The translations under genes and the position numbers were made by a program. Positions 63,030 through 64,000 of a stretch of 64,000 bases of DNA are shown here, one piece after another. The notes beneath the pieces were generated by a model. That model was not told the origin of the DNA and searched no databases. It was given only the letters and a program-made list of their open reading frames with translations. Origin of the DNA: Dehalococcoidia bacterium (GTDB lineage Bacteria > Chloroflexota > Dehalococcoidia > Lucifugimonadales > QGNO01); assembly GCA_965116555.1 (NCBI GenBank), contig OZ220698.1, positions 984,709-1,048,708 on the forward strand, in the 5' to 3' direction. Numbering within the stretch: the stretch's first letter is position 1; each line of letters opens with the position of its first letter.

Positions 63030-63282
63030 ATCCTCTGTATATTCCTGAACATTCTGCTGAATAATCTACCACCCCTCTCCCTGCTTGTCAATAGGTGTCA
63101 GATAATCTGCTACAGATACAGTTATATTTCTCCTGATTTACCCTCCCATAGGGCAGATACTTTACTGGCTTCTTGCTGTTTTTCCTAAAGGGCGGATGGA
63201 TTCTCTGCTCTTCTAGCACCGTGCATGAGGCCTGAAAAAGATGTAAACTACCGGCAGAACACGAGGCTCATAAGGAGGGACC

Positions 63283-63864
63283 ATGAGTGAGCAGACCAGT
63301 GTAGTAACGCCTGAGAGGTTCTCAAGCGGATTTACCTACAACGACTACATTGCCCAGATAAAGGTGAACAAGGACAGGTTTGAGCAGTATTATCAGTCCG
63401 TGGAGGTCTCCCAGGACGACGCGGACTTCTTCAAGAAGGCTGTGGAGGCAGGCGTCACCAAGATGCTGGTGCTGGGCGAGGACTGGTGCCCCGACGTTTT
63501 CAGGGGCATGCCGGTCGCGGCGCGCATCTCTGAAGCCTCCGGCATGGAGTTACGGGTCTTCCCCAGAGATGAAAACCTGGACATCATGAACGAATTCCTC
63601 AAAGACGGCGAGTTTCAGTCCATCCCCACCGTGGTTCTCTATACCAACGACCACGACTACGTGGGTCACTGGATCGAGCGCCCCGTCAAGGCAAACGAAG
63701 AGCGGGTGCAGATAGAGGCCCAGGTCAAGCAAGAGATGTCCGGCGCATCCGACGAAGAGGTCCGCAACGCGATCCGTGAGCGTACTGCGGCCCGTTTCCC
63801 GGCCTGGCAGCAGGAAAGCGTCAAGGAGATCCGCCAGCTCATCTCAGATAAAGCCGGCGTCTAG
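63283..63864 (+). CDS. Thioredoxin-fold protein with a monocysteine WCPDV motif
   Basis: 193 aa. LVLGEDWCPDV sits where the CxxC would be. AAGGAGGG RBS 5 nt upstream. Confidence 0.6.
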   Translation: MSEQTSVVTPERFSSGFTYNDYIAQIKVNKDRFEQYYQSVEVSQDDADFFKKAVEAGVTKMLVLGEDWCPDVFRGMPVAARISEASGMELRVFPRDENLDIMNEFLKDGEFQSIPTVVLYTNDHDYVGHWIERPVKANEERVQIEAQVKQEMSGASDEEVRNAIRERTAARFPAWQQESVKEIRQLISDKAGV

Positions 63865-63925
63865 CACACGAGCCTGGCTCCCATCATCACTCCACGTCCC
63901 CAGCGGCTGCGGATGCCGTGTGCCC

Positions 63926-64000
63926 TCAAATAGAGCCGAACGCGCGCTGTACCACCTCGGGCAATGCGGGGTGAACGTAGATCGATTGTGTAATGGCATC
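63926..64000 (-). CDS. C-terminal 24 codons of a pyridine-nucleotide-disulfide oxidoreductase-like protein (partial)
   Basis: The minus strand reads DAITQSIYVHPALPEVVQRAFGSI-stop. The HPxLxE motif is typical of the dimerisation-domain end of this flavoprotein family. Confidence 0.4.
   Translation of the reverse strand, partial: DAITQSIYVHPALPEVVQRAFGSI

Overview
Mostly housekeeping chromosomal segment from a moderately GC-rich bacterium. The gene content looks Chloroflexota-like, but that is an inference from alternative complex III, a DapL-type lysine pathway, archaeal-type ApgM and dense REP-like palindromes. Layout, in order: (1) ferric-iron ABC importer, with its first gene cut by the window edge; (2) an alternative complex III (ACIII) operon followed directly by System I cytochrome c maturation genes (ccmH, ccmF, two accessory ORFs, ccmG); (3) a PhoP/PhoR-like two-component pair and pstCAB-phoU, preceded by an 11-bp-periodic Pho-box-like array, with no pstS; (4) a tight minus-strand operon of RecB/TM0106-type nuclease, DUF72 and three-domain LigD, with Ku divergent across a 1-kb repeat field; (5) ssrA (tmRNA), smpB and ctpA; (6) citrate synthase behind a long structured leader; (7) a 2.2-kb cassette array bracketed by duplicated copies of the gltA 3' end, holding a degenerate HNH-like membrane protein and two TIMP/NTR-like membrane-anchored paralogues; (8) hflX, dapL, dapF, miaA, tpiA, apgM, pgk, a polyprenyl-synthase-like gene and tsaC; (9) guaA-purD-purE-HAD-HAD-purB-DUF3105-purS; (10) hisZ-like-hisG-hisD-hisC-hisB; (11) a membrane-fused Mo-oxidoreductase, uvrC, two unknown genes, a thioredoxin-like gene and a partial flavoprotein disulfide reductase. 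I saw no CRISPR array, transposase, integrase, rRNA or tRNA. The best candidates for new biology are the nuclease-DUF72-LigD/Ku module, the repeat-bracketed cassette array after gltA, the promoter-to-terminator structured RNA upstream of gltA, and the accessory proteins inside the ccm cluster. All functional calls rest on motif recognition in the supplied translations; no database search was possible.
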